Positions 27,060 to 37,165 of a stretch of 64,000 nucleotides of DNA are shown here, piece after piece. Position numbers and translations under genes: made by a program. This stretch comes from Candidatus Nomurabacteria bacterium. GTDB lineage: Bacteria; Patescibacteriota; Minisyncoccia; Phycocordibacterales; UBA918. The stretch spans positions 134,549 to 198,548 of the forward strand of contig JACKGF010000001.1 of assembly GCA_020632095.1 (NCBI GenBank). Reading direction: 5' to 3'. The notes beneath the pieces are model-generated. The model did no database searches and had not been told where the DNA came from. It worked only from the letters and a program-made list of their open reading frames with translations. The first letter of the stretch is position 1, and each line of letters opens with the position of its first letter.

Positions 27060-29624
27060 ATGACTATTAAGAAATTCACAAAAATTGCAGAAAAATCAAC
27101 AGTCAATAAAAAAGTCGGCGCTAAGACAGCAGATAATAAAACCCTCAAAAGTAGTAACTTGGTTAAAAAAAAGGCCATCTCCATAACTAAGAAAACTGTC
27201 ACAAAAGCTATTAATCTACCAGACAAAGCAGTTAAAGCTAAAAAAGCTCCAGTTCGAACAAAAGTAGCAAAAAAAATCCCATCAACAGTGATATCTAATA
27301 AAACTACTAAATCTAAGGTTGATAAAAAAGTTGCTGTATCTAGTAACAGAAAAGGGACAACTAAGACTCCTAAAAAGATCAAGTCTGAAAAGGATTCTGT
27401 GGTAAAAGATATTGTCTTGCCGACCAACATGAGTCAACGGTCAGTGGAAAAGTCAATGGTTCTAAATAATGAATTTTTTAATAATTTTCAAAATTCAGCT
27501 TTTAAAATAGCTTATGTTTCCGGTCTCTGTTTAGTCTTAGTTGGTTTAAGTTATACTAGTGTAGACTTTATACACAATTTTTCTCCGTTTAATCTCTCGG
27601 CCGAAGTCATAGGTTCTACTAAGTCGAACTCCCAACCAACTACTTATGCCAGCATAGAACTCAATACCGTAATACCCGATTATGTTATTAATACCTACCC
27701 AGTTACTTTTAAGGTTATTAACGCAGATGATCCAAGGGTAAAATTGATAAAGATTGGTTCATCTGTTGTAAAAGCTTTAAATGTTGAGAAAAAAACTGTT
27801 GATAGAACCTATGGTTTTGTTATACCAGGGAGTCAGCTTGACCCTGGTGTATATTCTGTGACTATTTCAGCAATGCCTTTTGGAGCTACATCTCCAATCG
27901 TTAATGAAAGAATATTTGAAATTGTTAAAGAGACACCCATGACGAAGACCTCAACTGAAACTGATGCAACAAATACTGCTATTACTATACCTAGTCAGGA
28001 TATTGTAAATTCAAGTGATAATACTATCGAGCAAAATATTGTGGAACCGCCTCAACTAAATTTGAATGAGGTTATTAGTATTGAAAAACCAATAGAGACA
28101 AAGGAGGAAGAAACTAATCTTACGCCAGAGGTTGTCCCAAAAGAATTTTCTATTAGTTCTCCTGACGGTAGTCTGCTATCTGGGTCAGTTACAATCAGGT
28201 TGTCAGCACCATCTGAATATACTTCAGTCGACTTGTATGCTCGACCCGAAGGATCAACTGATCTAAACAACATCAGACATATTGCACATGCTCTGAGTGG
28301 TCAGGATAACAGAAGATTCATTTTTGATTCAGCGATCTTACTCTCAGATGGAAAATATCAATTATTTGCCGAAACAAATGTCGAAGGAAATGCAGTCAGA
28401 TCTAGATCAATATCAGTCTCTGTAAAAAATAGAATTGAGCGGACTATTAGCACTAATCAAGAAAATCCCGACTCTTTTGCTGTAAGTGATATTGTTTCAA
28501 TAAAAAAACCGCGAGAGTTTGTAAGTATTGAAAATGCAAGTACCACTGATACAGAATCAGCTTTAGCTTTTGATAAAAATATTCAACTCGAAGTCAAAGC
28601 TCTCTTTGCTAGAGAAGATAACAATATTGATGAGTTGCTTAAGCGTTATGCCATAGCGGTACAATCAGGTGATGAGTCATTAATCCGTAGTGCAAAAGAA
28701 GGTTTACAAGAAGAACGAGAGAGAATGATTACTCTTTCTATAAGAGATGAAGATACGCGCAATTTCTCTGATAGTATAAATGAGAAACTTAAAGATATAA
28801 TTGGGAATCTTCAGAGTCGGGTAGATACATTTGAACAATTAAGAAGGGATAGGAGCGGAGGAGAAACAGCGATTGACACCGACCAGGATGGAATTTCTGA
28901 CTTCGATGAAATAAATCTTTATCGTACAGACCCGAAAGAGGCTGATACTGACAATGATGGTTTTACAGATGGTATTGAAATAATAAAAGGTTATAACCCA
29001 CTTAGTTCAGAATCAGAGGTAGTAGTAGAATTTGAATCACCTAAAGAGTCTCTAGGATTGGTTCGTGATGAGGTTCTAAAGATTGATAACGTCTTGCCAG
29101 TGGTAAAGATTGAACCAAAAGCAGGAGACGTTCCTGTTACGGCTGAAATTAGAGGGAAATCATTACCTAACAGTTATGTTACGCTTTACATCTTTAGTTC
29201 TCCAACAATTGTAACAATTAAGACAGATGCGGATGGTTCGTTTGTTTACAATTTTGATAAGGAGTTGGACGATGGACAGCATGAAGTATATGCCGCTATC
29301 ACAGACAATGCTGGAGAAATTATTGCCCAAAGTAATCCTTTCTCATTCATTAAGGAAGCTCAAGCTTTTACTCCAGTAGATGCCGCTAGCTCAGAGGTTG
29401 TAACTGGTGATCTGGTTACGCAATCAACAAAAAGTTCATACGGGGCAGTGGCTGGAATGGGAATCTTAGCGCTTGGTCTTATCTTGATAATGCTTGGTAT
29501 CACCTTGCGACCCAAGAAAGACGGCGTTGTAAAGGATGACGATGAAGAGATCTATATTGACCCGACCTTGCCAGCAGGTTCACCACTGATTAGTACTAAG
29601 GTTGAACATATTGAAACATCATGA
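27060..29624 (+). CDS. large bitopic membrane/surface protein: Lys-rich (histone-H1-like) cytoplasmic N-tail, TM, ~650-aa extracytoplasmic region with thrombospondin-type-3-like Ca-binding Asp repeats, C-terminal TM
   Basis: 854 aa. Residues 10-120 are Lys/Thr/Ala-rich (KKAVTKA, KAKKAPVRTKVAKK). TM1 FKIAYVSGLCLVLVGLSY. DTDQDGISDFDE...DTDNDGFTDGIE is a Ca-binding DxDxDG repeat. TM2 GAVAGMGILALGLILIMLGITL. Confidence 0.6.
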   Translation: MTIKKFTKIAEKSTVNKKVGAKTADNKTLKSSNLVKKKAISITKKTVTKAINLPDKAVKAKKAPVRTKVAKKIPSTVISNKTTKSKVDKKVAVSSNRKGTTKTPKKIKSEKDSVVKDIVLPTNMSQRSVEKSMVLNNEFFNNFQNSAFKIAYVSGLCLVLVGLSYTSVDFIHNFSPFNLSAEVIGSTKSNSQPTTYASIELNTVIPDYVINTYPVTFKVINADDPRVKLIKIGSSVVKALNVEKKTVDRTYGFVIPGSQLDPGVYSVTISAMPFGATSPIVNERIFEIVKETPMTKTSTETDATNTAITIPSQDIVNSSDNTIEQNIVEPPQLNLNEVISIEKPIETKEEETNLTPEVVPKEFSISSPDGSLLSGSVTIRLSAPSEYTSVDLYARPEGSTDLNNIRHIAHALSGQDNRRFIFDSAILLSDGKYQLFAETNVEGNAVRSRSISVSVKNRIERTISTNQENPDSFAVSDIVSIKKPREFVSIENASTTDTESALAFDKNIQLEVKALFAREDNNIDELLKRYAIAVQSGDESLIRSAKEGLQEERERMITLSIRDEDTRNFSDSINEKLKDIIGNLQSRVDTFEQLRRDRSGGETAIDTDQDGISDFDEINLYRTDPKEADTDNDGFTDGIEIIKGYNPLSSESEVVVEFESPKESLGLVRDEVLKIDNVLPVVKIEPKAGDVPVTAEIRGKSLPNSYVTLYIFSSPTIVTIKTDADGSFVYNFDKELDDGQHEVYAAITDNAGEIIAQSNPFSFIKEAQAFTPVDAASSEVVTGDLVTQSTKSSYGAVAGMGILALGLILIMLGITLRPKKDGVVKDDDEEIYIDPTLPAGSPLISTKVEHIETS

Positions 29625-30961
29625 TTTCTAGCGCCTTACATGCATTAGAAAACGGACTAAAAATTATGAGACTAAACTCACGCCTGCTATTAGTAGGCGT
29701 TTTAGTTTTTATTTTTCCACTCTTGTTTGTTTGGATAACTCAAAATTTCTTCACTACGGCTTATCACAATATTAATACCTCAGAAAAAAAACGTGTTTCA
29801 TTGATACAAGACTCTATATCAGTTGCACTCAGGAGTTCAAGTGAAGCAGACAAACTGGTGTCTGATTTGATTGATGTCTATAAAAAAGAAAACTCTGATT
29901 TGACCAAAATTCGTGTGGTTGAAAAGATAGATGATAATTTTGTCATAATTCAGTCAGCTGATAAGCAGCTAGTTAACACAAATGAAAAAACAGACCAGTT
30001 GTATCGGTCCTTACCACTTTCAAGTAACGGTAGTTCATTGATTGTGGAATCAATTATTGATGGTGAGCGAACATGGCAGGTTTTTAGAAGTGTTGAAACG
30101 TTAGACGATAGGTCAATGTATATTTTCTCTGAACATAGATTTGGTTTAATTGATTCAGTTATGGCAGCACGCAGACAACAGTCATATTTTGGTCTCTCGG
30201 CTATTTTTGTGTTCCTTATTCTTTTGGCTTACTGGCTTAATCGCCAAGTACATTGGAAGGCTGGGTATGACAAAATGGTTCTTCAGCTCGAGGATAGAGA
30301 TATGTTTTCTAATATGATTGCACATGAGTTTCGTTCGCCACTAACTGCAATTAAGGGCTACGCTAGTTTTCTTGAGGAGTCTAAGACTTTGTCGAAAGAT
30401 GAAGTTCGTTTTGCTTCAAATATTCATAAGTCTGCAGAACGATTGGTGGTACTTGTAAACGATTTTCTTGAAGTGGCCAGACTGCAATCTGGTAAGCTTA
30501 AAATTGAACCGAGTGAAGTTGACATGAGTGACGTATTGGCCGGTGTGACCGATGATTTACGTGGTATGGCTGAGGAAAAAGGGCTTAAATTAATTTTTAA
30601 TAGACCAGAAAAGAAATTGATGATGTTTACTGACCCAGCTCGAATGATCCAAGTTATGACCAATATAATTACCAATGCTATTAAGTACACCGACTCTGGC
30701 TCAGTTGAACTTGAGTGCGTAAAGATTCCTGGAGAGGTGACAGTGAGGGTGAAGGATACTGGAACAGGCATTAGTGCTGAAGACCAACAAAAACTTTTTG
30801 CACCATTTACCCGTGTTGGCGGAGTGGATACTTCAAAAATAACCGGTACTGGACTGGGAATGTGGATCACTAGACAGTTAGTGGTTTTGCTTGGTGGGAA
30901 TGTTGGAGTCGAATCAATTAAAGGGGTAGGGACTCACGTTGTTATTACATTCCGCACTTAG
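29621..30961 (+). CDS. sensor histidine kinase (two TM helices, extracytoplasmic sensor, HisKA + HATPase_c)
   Basis: 446 aa. H-box MIAHEFRSPLTAIKGYASFL. N box and G boxes (ITNAIKYT, KDTGTGI, GTGLGMWITRQLVVLLGG). TMs at aa ~20-42 and ~190-210. Start overlaps the previous stop (ATGA). Confidence 0.8.
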   Translation: MISSALHALENGLKIMRLNSRLLLVGVLVFIFPLLFVWITQNFFTTAYHNINTSEKKRVSLIQDSISVALRSSSEADKLVSDLIDVYKKENSDLTKIRVVEKIDDNFVIIQSADKQLVNTNEKTDQLYRSLPLSSNGSSLIVESIIDGERTWQVFRSVETLDDRSMYIFSEHRFGLIDSVMAARRQQSYFGLSAIFVFLILLAYWLNRQVHWKAGYDKMVLQLEDRDMFSNMIAHEFRSPLTAIKGYASFLEESKTLSKDEVRFASNIHKSAERLVVLVNDFLEVARLQSGKLKIEPSEVDMSDVLAGVTDDLRGMAEEKGLKLIFNRPEKKLMMFTDPARMIQVMTNIITNAIKYTDSGSVELECVKIPGEVTVRVKDTGTGISAEDQQKLFAPFTRVGGVDTSKITGTGLGMWITRQLVVLLGGNVGVESIKGVGTHVVITFRT

Positions 30962-31034
30962 GAAATAATTGTATGTTGGTGAGTAATAAGTATAATGACA
31001 ATATAACCTTCACCCTCACGTGGAGGCGATTCTT

Positions 31035-33674
31035 ATGTCTACACCCAAAAAAATAACTAAATCAGAGTGGGAAAACAACGGTCAAGGAAAGATTGTGGTT
31101 CGTGGCGCTCGTACTCACAATTTGAAGGACATCAGCGTTGAGATGCCACGAGGAAAAATGATTGCTATTACTGGTCCGTCTGGTTCTGGTAAATCTTCTT
31201 TGGCATTTGACACAATTTTTGCGGAAGGACAGCGTCGTTATGTAGAGTCTCTCTCACCCTATGCTAGGCAGTTTTTGAACAAAATGCAGAAACCTGATGT
31301 TGATGAAATTTCAGGTCTTTCACCTGCTATCTCGATTGACCAAAAGTCAGCCTCACGCAACCCTCGTTCAACCGTGGCCACTATTACTGAAATTTATGAT
31401 TATTTGCGTATAGTTTACGCGCGAGTTGGTCAACCGTATTGTTTGGACGTTGATGTGGCTATTCAGAAATTGTCACAGGATGAGATCCTAGGGATTGTCA
31501 TAAAGTCAATAGAAGACAAGGAAATAACCGCTGCGACAAAACAACAGAGCGAACAAATTCTTGGTATTGAGGTCACTAAGGGTCGGGTAGCTGTATTTGC
31601 GCCAGTAGTAGTTGGTCGTAAGGGAGAGTATTACCAAATGCTTTATGATTTGCTGGGTAAGGGTTACGAAACGGTTAAAATTGACGGTGAGATTAAACAG
31701 CTTAGAAATAAGATTGTTTTAACTAAAACTAAACGACATGATATAGACATCTTAATTGATGAGATTTATGTTAGTGAATTTATCCATGATCCAAAAGGTT
31801 CGCGTGAACGTCTGTCCGAAGCAGTAGAATTGGCTCTGCTTGAAGCTAATGGTCTAGTAAAGATTGAGAGTCCTGATGGTAGCGAACGAACACTGTCAGC
31901 CAAATTTACGTGTCCGGTCGATGGCTCATCTTTTCCAGAGGTCGAACCTCGTCTTTTCTCCTTCAACTCTCCTTATGGCGCTTGTCCGGAATGTAATGGT
32001 TTAGGTGTGGTGGGGATTTTCCAAAGTGATGAATGTACAGTTTGTAAGGGAACGAGATTGCGACCTGAAGCCCTTCGAGTTTATCTGGGTGGTGATAAAA
32101 AGAAAAATCTGGGGATGAACATAGTTAATTTCACCAGATTAACCGTCAGCGAAGCGGCTGATTTCATCAATAATCTAAATCTAAGCGACAAAGAACACGA
32201 AATCGCTTGGCCAGCCCTACGTGAAGTGATTGAGCGTTTAGACTTTATGAAGAATGTTGGTATCGAATATCTCACACTAGACAGACGAGCTAACACTCTA
32301 TCTGGAGGGGAAGCACAGAGAATCCGTCTAGCTTCGCAGCTTGGGTCAGGATTGGTGGGAGCGCTATACGTGCTTGATGAGCCAACAATCGGTCTACACC
32401 AACGGGACAATGACAAATTGATTAAAACCCTGCGTGAATTACGAGATCTCGGCAACACAATAATTGTAGTTGAACACGATGAAGATACCATCTATGCGGC
32501 CGATTATTTAATAGACATTGGACCCGGAGCCGGAGTACATGGTGGGGAAGTGATTGTGGCTGATTATCTTGAAAAACTACTAAGTGACAAGAAGAACACG
32601 TCTGGCTCTGTTACTTTAGATTATTTGCGTGGTGACAAGTCTATCGCTATACCTGAACGTCGTACTAGCGAGAAGGGTTCAATTAAAATTAAGGGTGGTA
32701 AAGCTTTTAATATTAAAAATCTAAATGTCGATATTCCATTAGGAAAATTAATTTGTGTGACTGGAGTATCTGGTTCAGGAAAATCAACCTTTATGTACGA
32801 AATTTTGGATCGCAATCTTAAAGCTAGATTAGAAAAGCGACATCGTACTGCCAAGACCTATAACGTCGCCTCTATTACTGGAACTGAATATCTCGGTCGC
32901 TCAATCTTAATCGACCAGTCGCCGATCGGTCGCACTCCCCGTAGTAACCCAGCTACTTATACTGGAGCCTTTACCCACATTCGTGACTTGTTTGCGGCTA
33001 GTGGAGAGGCCCGAGCGCGTGGTTGGAAGCCTGGGCGTTTTAGTTTCAACGTTAAAGGTGGACGTTGCGAGGCTTGTCAGGGTAATGGTTTGATTGCGGT
33101 TGAAATGCACTTTTTACCGACGGTTTATGTCACTTGCGACGTGTGTGATGGTAAAAGATTTACCAAAGAAACACTGGAGGTATATTATAAAGGGAAGAAC
33201 ATTCACGAAGTCCTACACATGACTATTGAGGAAGCTCATCAATTCTATATTGATGTGCCGGCGATTCAAGAAAGACTCAAGGCGTTGCTCGATGTTGGAC
33301 TAGGTTATCTTGAGTTAGGGCAAAGCGCCACGACTCTTTCTGGTGGAGAAGCTCAACGCGTTAAGATTGCTTCAGAACTGTATCGACCACATACCCAAAA
33401 AACCATCTACTTGCTCGATGAACCGACAATTGGTCTTCATTATGAAGATGTACGAAAGTTGATAGAAATCCTTCAGGAATTAGTCAATCAAGGCAACACT
33501 GTTATGGTGATTGAACATAATTTAGATTTAGTTAAAAGTGCTGACTATGTGATTGATATCGGCCCTGAAGGCGGAGCTAAGGGAGGACAGATAGTCGCTA
33601 AAGGTACTCCAGAACAAATAGCTGAGAATGAAAAGTCTTTCACGGGGCAGTATTTAAAGAAATTGTTAAAGTAG
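31035..33674 (+). CDS. uvrA: excinuclease ABC subunit A
   Basis: Two ABC ATPase modules (GPSGSGKSSLAFDTIFAEGQRRYVES; GVSGSGKSTFMYEIL), Zn-finger cysteines, signature LSGGEAQR twice. ATG 31035 is preferred over GTG 31020 of the ORF track. Confidence 0.9.
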   Translation: MSTPKKITKSEWENNGQGKIVVRGARTHNLKDISVEMPRGKMIAITGPSGSGKSSLAFDTIFAEGQRRYVESLSPYARQFLNKMQKPDVDEISGLSPAISIDQKSASRNPRSTVATITEIYDYLRIVYARVGQPYCLDVDVAIQKLSQDEILGIVIKSIEDKEITAATKQQSEQILGIEVTKGRVAVFAPVVVGRKGEYYQMLYDLLGKGYETVKIDGEIKQLRNKIVLTKTKRHDIDILIDEIYVSEFIHDPKGSRERLSEAVELALLEANGLVKIESPDGSERTLSAKFTCPVDGSSFPEVEPRLFSFNSPYGACPECNGLGVVGIFQSDECTVCKGTRLRPEALRVYLGGDKKKNLGMNIVNFTRLTVSEAADFINNLNLSDKEHEIAWPALREVIERLDFMKNVGIEYLTLDRRANTLSGGEAQRIRLASQLGSGLVGALYVLDEPTIGLHQRDNDKLIKTLRELRDLGNTIIVVEHDEDTIYAADYLIDIGPGAGVHGGEVIVADYLEKLLSDKKNTSGSVTLDYLRGDKSIAIPERRTSEKGSIKIKGGKAFNIKNLNVDIPLGKLICVTGVSGSGKSTFMYEILDRNLKARLEKRHRTAKTYNVASITGTEYLGRSILIDQSPIGRTPRSNPATYTGAFTHIRDLFAASGEARARGWKPGRFSFNVKGGRCEACQGNGLIAVEMHFLPTVYVTCDVCDGKRFTKETLEVYYKGKNIHEVLHMTIEEAHQFYIDVPAIQERLKALLDVGLGYLELGQSATTLSGGEAQRVKIASELYRPHTQKTIYLLDEPTIGLHYEDVRKLIEILQELVNQGNTVMVIEHNLDLVKSADYVIDIGPEGGAKGGQIVAKGTPEQIAENEKSFTGQYLKKLLK

Positions 33675-33719
33675 AAACCCCGCTGCAAGCAGACGGGGAA
33701 TTTGCTACACAAAACCTAA

Positions 33720-34019
33720 TTAGATATGGTTATGTTGCCTGAGTTTATTGCGCTTAGCAATTTTGTTTATGCGACACTGTGCGTGAAGGGAACCTTTCTT
33801 GTATAACAGATCTTCCCACCGAGGATCATTGTTTGAAGACGGTAAACTACCATAGCAGAGGTAAAAAAAATTATTCCAAAACTCCGTTTGATCAGAGCCA
33901 CCATTAGCGATAACGGCAATACCTCCTCTACTTTTATGGTACTTAATCATAGTACGAAAAGTATTTCTGAATTCCGCATCATTTCTGCGTTTTTCAATCA
34001 TAATCTTCTCCTCAAACAA
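33720..34019 (-). CDS. hypothetical small protein on opposite strand between uvrA and uvrC
   Basis: 99-aa ORF in a ~400-nt gap otherwise free of + strand coding. No recognisable motif. May be spurious. Confidence 0.3.
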   Translation of the reverse strand: MFEEKIMIEKRRNDAEFRNTFRTMIKYHKSRGGIAVIANGGSDQTEFWNNFFYLCYGSLPSSNNDPRWEDLLYKKGSLHAQCRINKIAKRNKLRQHNHI

Positions 34020-34076
34020 AAAATGCTTAACTAAAAAAATAACAAGGCTCTAAAAATGTATAGTATCATATAGAGT

Positions 34077-35312
34077 ATGGATAAGAAAGAGTTTCAAAAG
34101 AGTAAGTGTCCAGACACACCAGGAGTGTATTTTTTCTTAGGGTCTAGAAAGAAAATTTTGTATATCGGGAAAGCGACATCACTGCGTAATCGAGTAGCTA
34201 GTTACTTTACCAACGACATAAAAGAAAAACGCTCTGAATTGATTGAAAAGATGGTACAAGAAGCAAAATCTATTGATTATACTGAAACCGACAGTGTCCT
34301 AGAGGCCTTAATTCTAGAAACAAACCTAATCCGCTCGCATAAACCTTTCTATAATACCAAGAGTAAGGATGATAAAAGTTATAATCATCTTATCATCACT
34401 GATGAAGAGTTTCCGAGAATTTTAGTAGTACGGGGTAAAGATTTGGTAGAAAAATACGACGAACAAAATATAAAATATGAATTTGGCCCCTTTCCAAATG
34501 GGCAACTTTTCAAAGAAGCTCTTAGTATTGTTCGCAAACTTTTTCAATTTTATGATACAAAAATTCCGATTGGTTCAGAAAAAAGTAAATTAGCAAAAGG
34601 AAAGATTGACTTCAATCGTCAGATTGGGCTTTATCCAGAGAGACAATCAAAGACTGAGTATAATAAAACTATTAGACATGTAAGGTTGTTTTTCCAGGGA
34701 AAAAAACATTTGCTGCTCAAAGAGTTAAGACAAGAGATGATGGCCTTAGCCAAAAATGAACTGTTTGAAAAAGCCGAGCAAGTTAAGCGGCAGATTTTTG
34801 CGCTAACCCATATTCAGGATATTGCTCTGATTAAGCATGATTCAAGAGTTTATCGAGATGAGAAAAATATTAGGATAGAAGCTTACGACATTGCTCATCT
34901 TGGTGGTCAGGATATGGTCGGGGTAATGACTGTTATTGAGGGTAACCAATTAACCAAAGACGAATATCGTAAATTTAAAGTAAATAATTACACTAAATCA
35001 AACGATCCAGGGGCTTTGAAAGAAGTATTAGAGAGGCGTCTAAAACATTCAGAATGGCCATTACCACAGATTATTGTAGTGGATGGTAGTACAGCCCAAA
35101 AAAACGCGGCTGAGCAAGTTTTGAGACAATTTAAAGCTGTAATTCCTGTAGTAGCAGTTGTGAAAGATGATAAGCATAAACCAATTCGTTTGGTCGGTGT
35201 TAAGCAATTAATTGAACAAAATAAAGAGGCAATTCTGCTAGCAAATGCTGAATCACATCGTTTTGCTATTTCTTACCACCGGTCTAAACGAAGTAAAAGT
35301 TTACTTGCGTAA
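34077..35312 (+). CDS. uvrC: excinuclease ABC subunit C, short form (GIY-YIG + UVR + endonuclease domains, no C-terminal HhH region)
   Basis: 411 aa. GIY-YIG N-terminus PGVYFFLGSRKKILYIGKATSLRNRVASYF. UVR-like ELFEKAEQVKRQIFAL. UvrC endonuclease-domain block IEAYDIAHLGGQDMVGVMTVIEG. The protein ends before any (HhH)2 module. Confidence 0.75.
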   Translation: MDKKEFQKSKCPDTPGVYFFLGSRKKILYIGKATSLRNRVASYFTNDIKEKRSELIEKMVQEAKSIDYTETDSVLEALILETNLIRSHKPFYNTKSKDDKSYNHLIITDEEFPRILVVRGKDLVEKYDEQNIKYEFGPFPNGQLFKEALSIVRKLFQFYDTKIPIGSEKSKLAKGKIDFNRQIGLYPERQSKTEYNKTIRHVRLFFQGKKHLLLKELRQEMMALAKNELFEKAEQVKRQIFALTHIQDIALIKHDSRVYRDEKNIRIEAYDIAHLGGQDMVGVMTVIEGNQLTKDEYRKFKVNNYTKSNDPGALKEVLERRLKHSEWPLPQIIVVDGSTAQKNAAEQVLRQFKAVIPVVAVVKDDKHKPIRLVGVKQLIEQNKEAILLANAESHRFAISYHRSKRSKSLLA

Positions 35313-35346
35313 CCTTAGAGCAGGATTATTTGTTATTATTATCACT

Positions 35347-36240
35347 ATGAATACAAAAATTGGATTTATCGGCCAAGGCTGGATTGGAAAACATTACGCA
35401 GACGATTTTGAAAACCGTAGTTATGAAACGGTAAGATATTCGCTTGAAGAGCCATATATCAAAAATAAGGATTTAATAAAAGACTGTAATATAACTTTAA
35501 TTGCCGTTCCGACCCCAACTACACCTGAAGGGTTTGATGCTTCTATTATCGAAGCGGCCTTAACACTTATCGGGGTTGGTAATGTTGCTGTAATCAAGTC
35601 TACTACAATGCCAGGGGTGACAGTGGCTCTACAGAATAAATTTCCAGAAATTATTATTTTACACAGCCCAGAATTTTTAGTAGAAAAAACCGCGGCTCAC
35701 GATGCAGCGTTTCCGGAGAGAAACATTATTGGAGTCCCGATTGATAATGAACAATATCAAAAGGCTGCCCAAAAAGTACTAGCGATTTTACCTAGAGCAC
35801 CCTATCAAAAGGTTATGACCTCACAAGAGTCTGAGTTGGTAAAGTATGCAGGTAACTGCTTCCTCTACACTAAAGTACTTTACATGAATATTTTGCACGA
35901 CATAGTAACCAAAAGTGGTGCGGATTTTGAGATTGTACGTGACGCCTTAGTACACGACCCTAGGATTGGCGAAAGCCACACACAGCCAATTCACACCAGT
36001 GGGCACACTGAAGCAACCAAAGAAATCAAGCGTGGTGCCGGTGGCCACTGTTTAATAAAGGACTTTGAGGCTTTTCGTGAGTATTATAGAGATACAGTAA
36101 GCAAAGACGATGGTTACAAAATGCTGACTGATATGGCTAATTACAATAATTATCTACTACGTAAATCCAATAAAGATTTAGACTTACTTAAAGGTGTTTA
36201 TGGTGACGGTGTGGTCAGTAGTGATTTTAAGCTAGAATAA
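35347..36240 (+). CDS. truncated-type NDP-sugar dehydrogenase-family protein (N-terminal Rossmann + catalytic Cys region only)
   Basis: ATG 35347 gives 297 aa starting MNTKIGFIGQGWIGKHY (GxGxxG). UDPG/GDP-Man dehydrogenase family blocks IAVPTPT, IKSTTMPGVT, HSPEFLVEKTAAHDAAFPERNIIGV, and catalytic-Cys context GAGGHCLIKD. The C-terminal UDP-binding domain is absent. The ORF track start 35245 lies inside uvrC. Confidence 0.55.
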   Translation: MNTKIGFIGQGWIGKHYADDFENRSYETVRYSLEEPYIKNKDLIKDCNITLIAVPTPTTPEGFDASIIEAALTLIGVGNVAVIKSTTMPGVTVALQNKFPEIIILHSPEFLVEKTAAHDAAFPERNIIGVPIDNEQYQKAAQKVLAILPRAPYQKVMTSQESELVKYAGNCFLYTKVLYMNILHDIVTKSGADFEIVRDALVHDPRIGESHTQPIHTSGHTEATKEIKRGAGGHCLIKDFEAFREYYRDTVSKDDGYKMLTDMANYNNYLLRKSNKDLDLLKGVYGDGVVSSDFKLE

Positions 36241-36265
36241 ATTTTAAGCCCTAAATAATAAATTA

Positions 36266-36294
36266 AACACGGGTTGGTAAACCCGTGTTTTTTT
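36266..36294 (+). terminator. rho-independent terminator
   Basis: AAACACGGGTT-ggta-AACCCGTGTTT followed by TTTTTTT. Confidence 0.7.
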
Positions 36295-36400
36295 GTATGA
36301 ATTTAAATGAAATTGTTAACAAGATTAAATTTCAAGGATTTAAGTAGTGTATTATTAATTAAATGTATTTTTCGATTTTTTATTTTTTAATCTAAATTCT

Positions 36401-37162
36401 ATGGAGGAAGACAATGTAAATATCTCTCAAGAAGGGATTGAAAATGAAGAGTTTTCAAAAGCTGGTTCCCAATCTACCAATAGTTCTCTGAAGTATATAT
36501 TTTACATAAGTGTCTTTGTACTAATTTGTGTCATAGCTATCGTTGGTTTAGAAAAACCTGATAGTGTAGAACAGGTTAAACCATCACCAGTTATTACTGA
36601 ATCTGAACAATTGCTAACCAGTCAAGAAGTAGATGCGGCACGCTTCAAATTGAAATCAAATAAAATAGCGTCAGATATTGAAATGGAATCAGGGGATGAA
36701 CAAAAAAAGGCTGTAAGTAGTAATAATTCAAACGAAACTTATAAAGCTGAAAGTATTACGCAGGAAGAGGCAACAAAAATAATTGAACAAAAAGATATAT
36801 CGACACAAACACCAGCAATCAAAACTGAGTCAAATGGGGAAGGGATAACTACTGGTGAAGTTAGTATCATTAACAACGATACTGTCGGCCAAGATACGGT
36901 AATAATGAATATTGAGGGCACAGTTTTTTCAAATGATGTTGAAAACAAAATAATAACCATTACAAGTAACGATGGTACATTTCGGGTAGTTACTACACCA
37001 AATACGAAATTTATAATCGACAACTCACTATTTAACATGAGAGATCTGAAGCCTATGGATGTCGTAACAGTTGAAGGTGATGGTTATCATACCTCAAATA
37101 TGATCATTGCTAGTACTGTAAAAGTGGTTGGAGTATTACAAATTGACACGATAAATAATTAA
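36401..37162 (+). CDS. N-terminally anchored extracytoplasmic protein, unknown function
   Basis: 253 aa. TM YIFYISVFVLICVIAIVGL. Acidic/Ser-rich linker and a C-terminal beta-rich domain. Confidence 0.45.
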   Translation: MEEDNVNISQEGIENEEFSKAGSQSTNSSLKYIFYISVFVLICVIAIVGLEKPDSVEQVKPSPVITESEQLLTSQEVDAARFKLKSNKIASDIEMESGDEQKKAVSSNNSNETYKAESITQEEATKIIEQKDISTQTPAIKTESNGEGITTGEVSIINNDTVGQDTVIMNIEGTVFSNDVENKIITITSNDGTFRVVTTPNTKFIIDNSLFNMRDLKPMDVVTVEGDGYHTSNMIIASTVKVVGVLQIDTINN

Positions 37163-37165
37163 GCT

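Noticed and set aside
19267-29624. Start/stop overlaps (ATGATTAA at 19267, TAATG at 19686, ATGA at 29621) as programmed frameshift sites
   Set aside because: These are ordinary translational-coupling overlaps between complete ORFs, each with its own start codon. No slippery heptamer or need for a frameshift.
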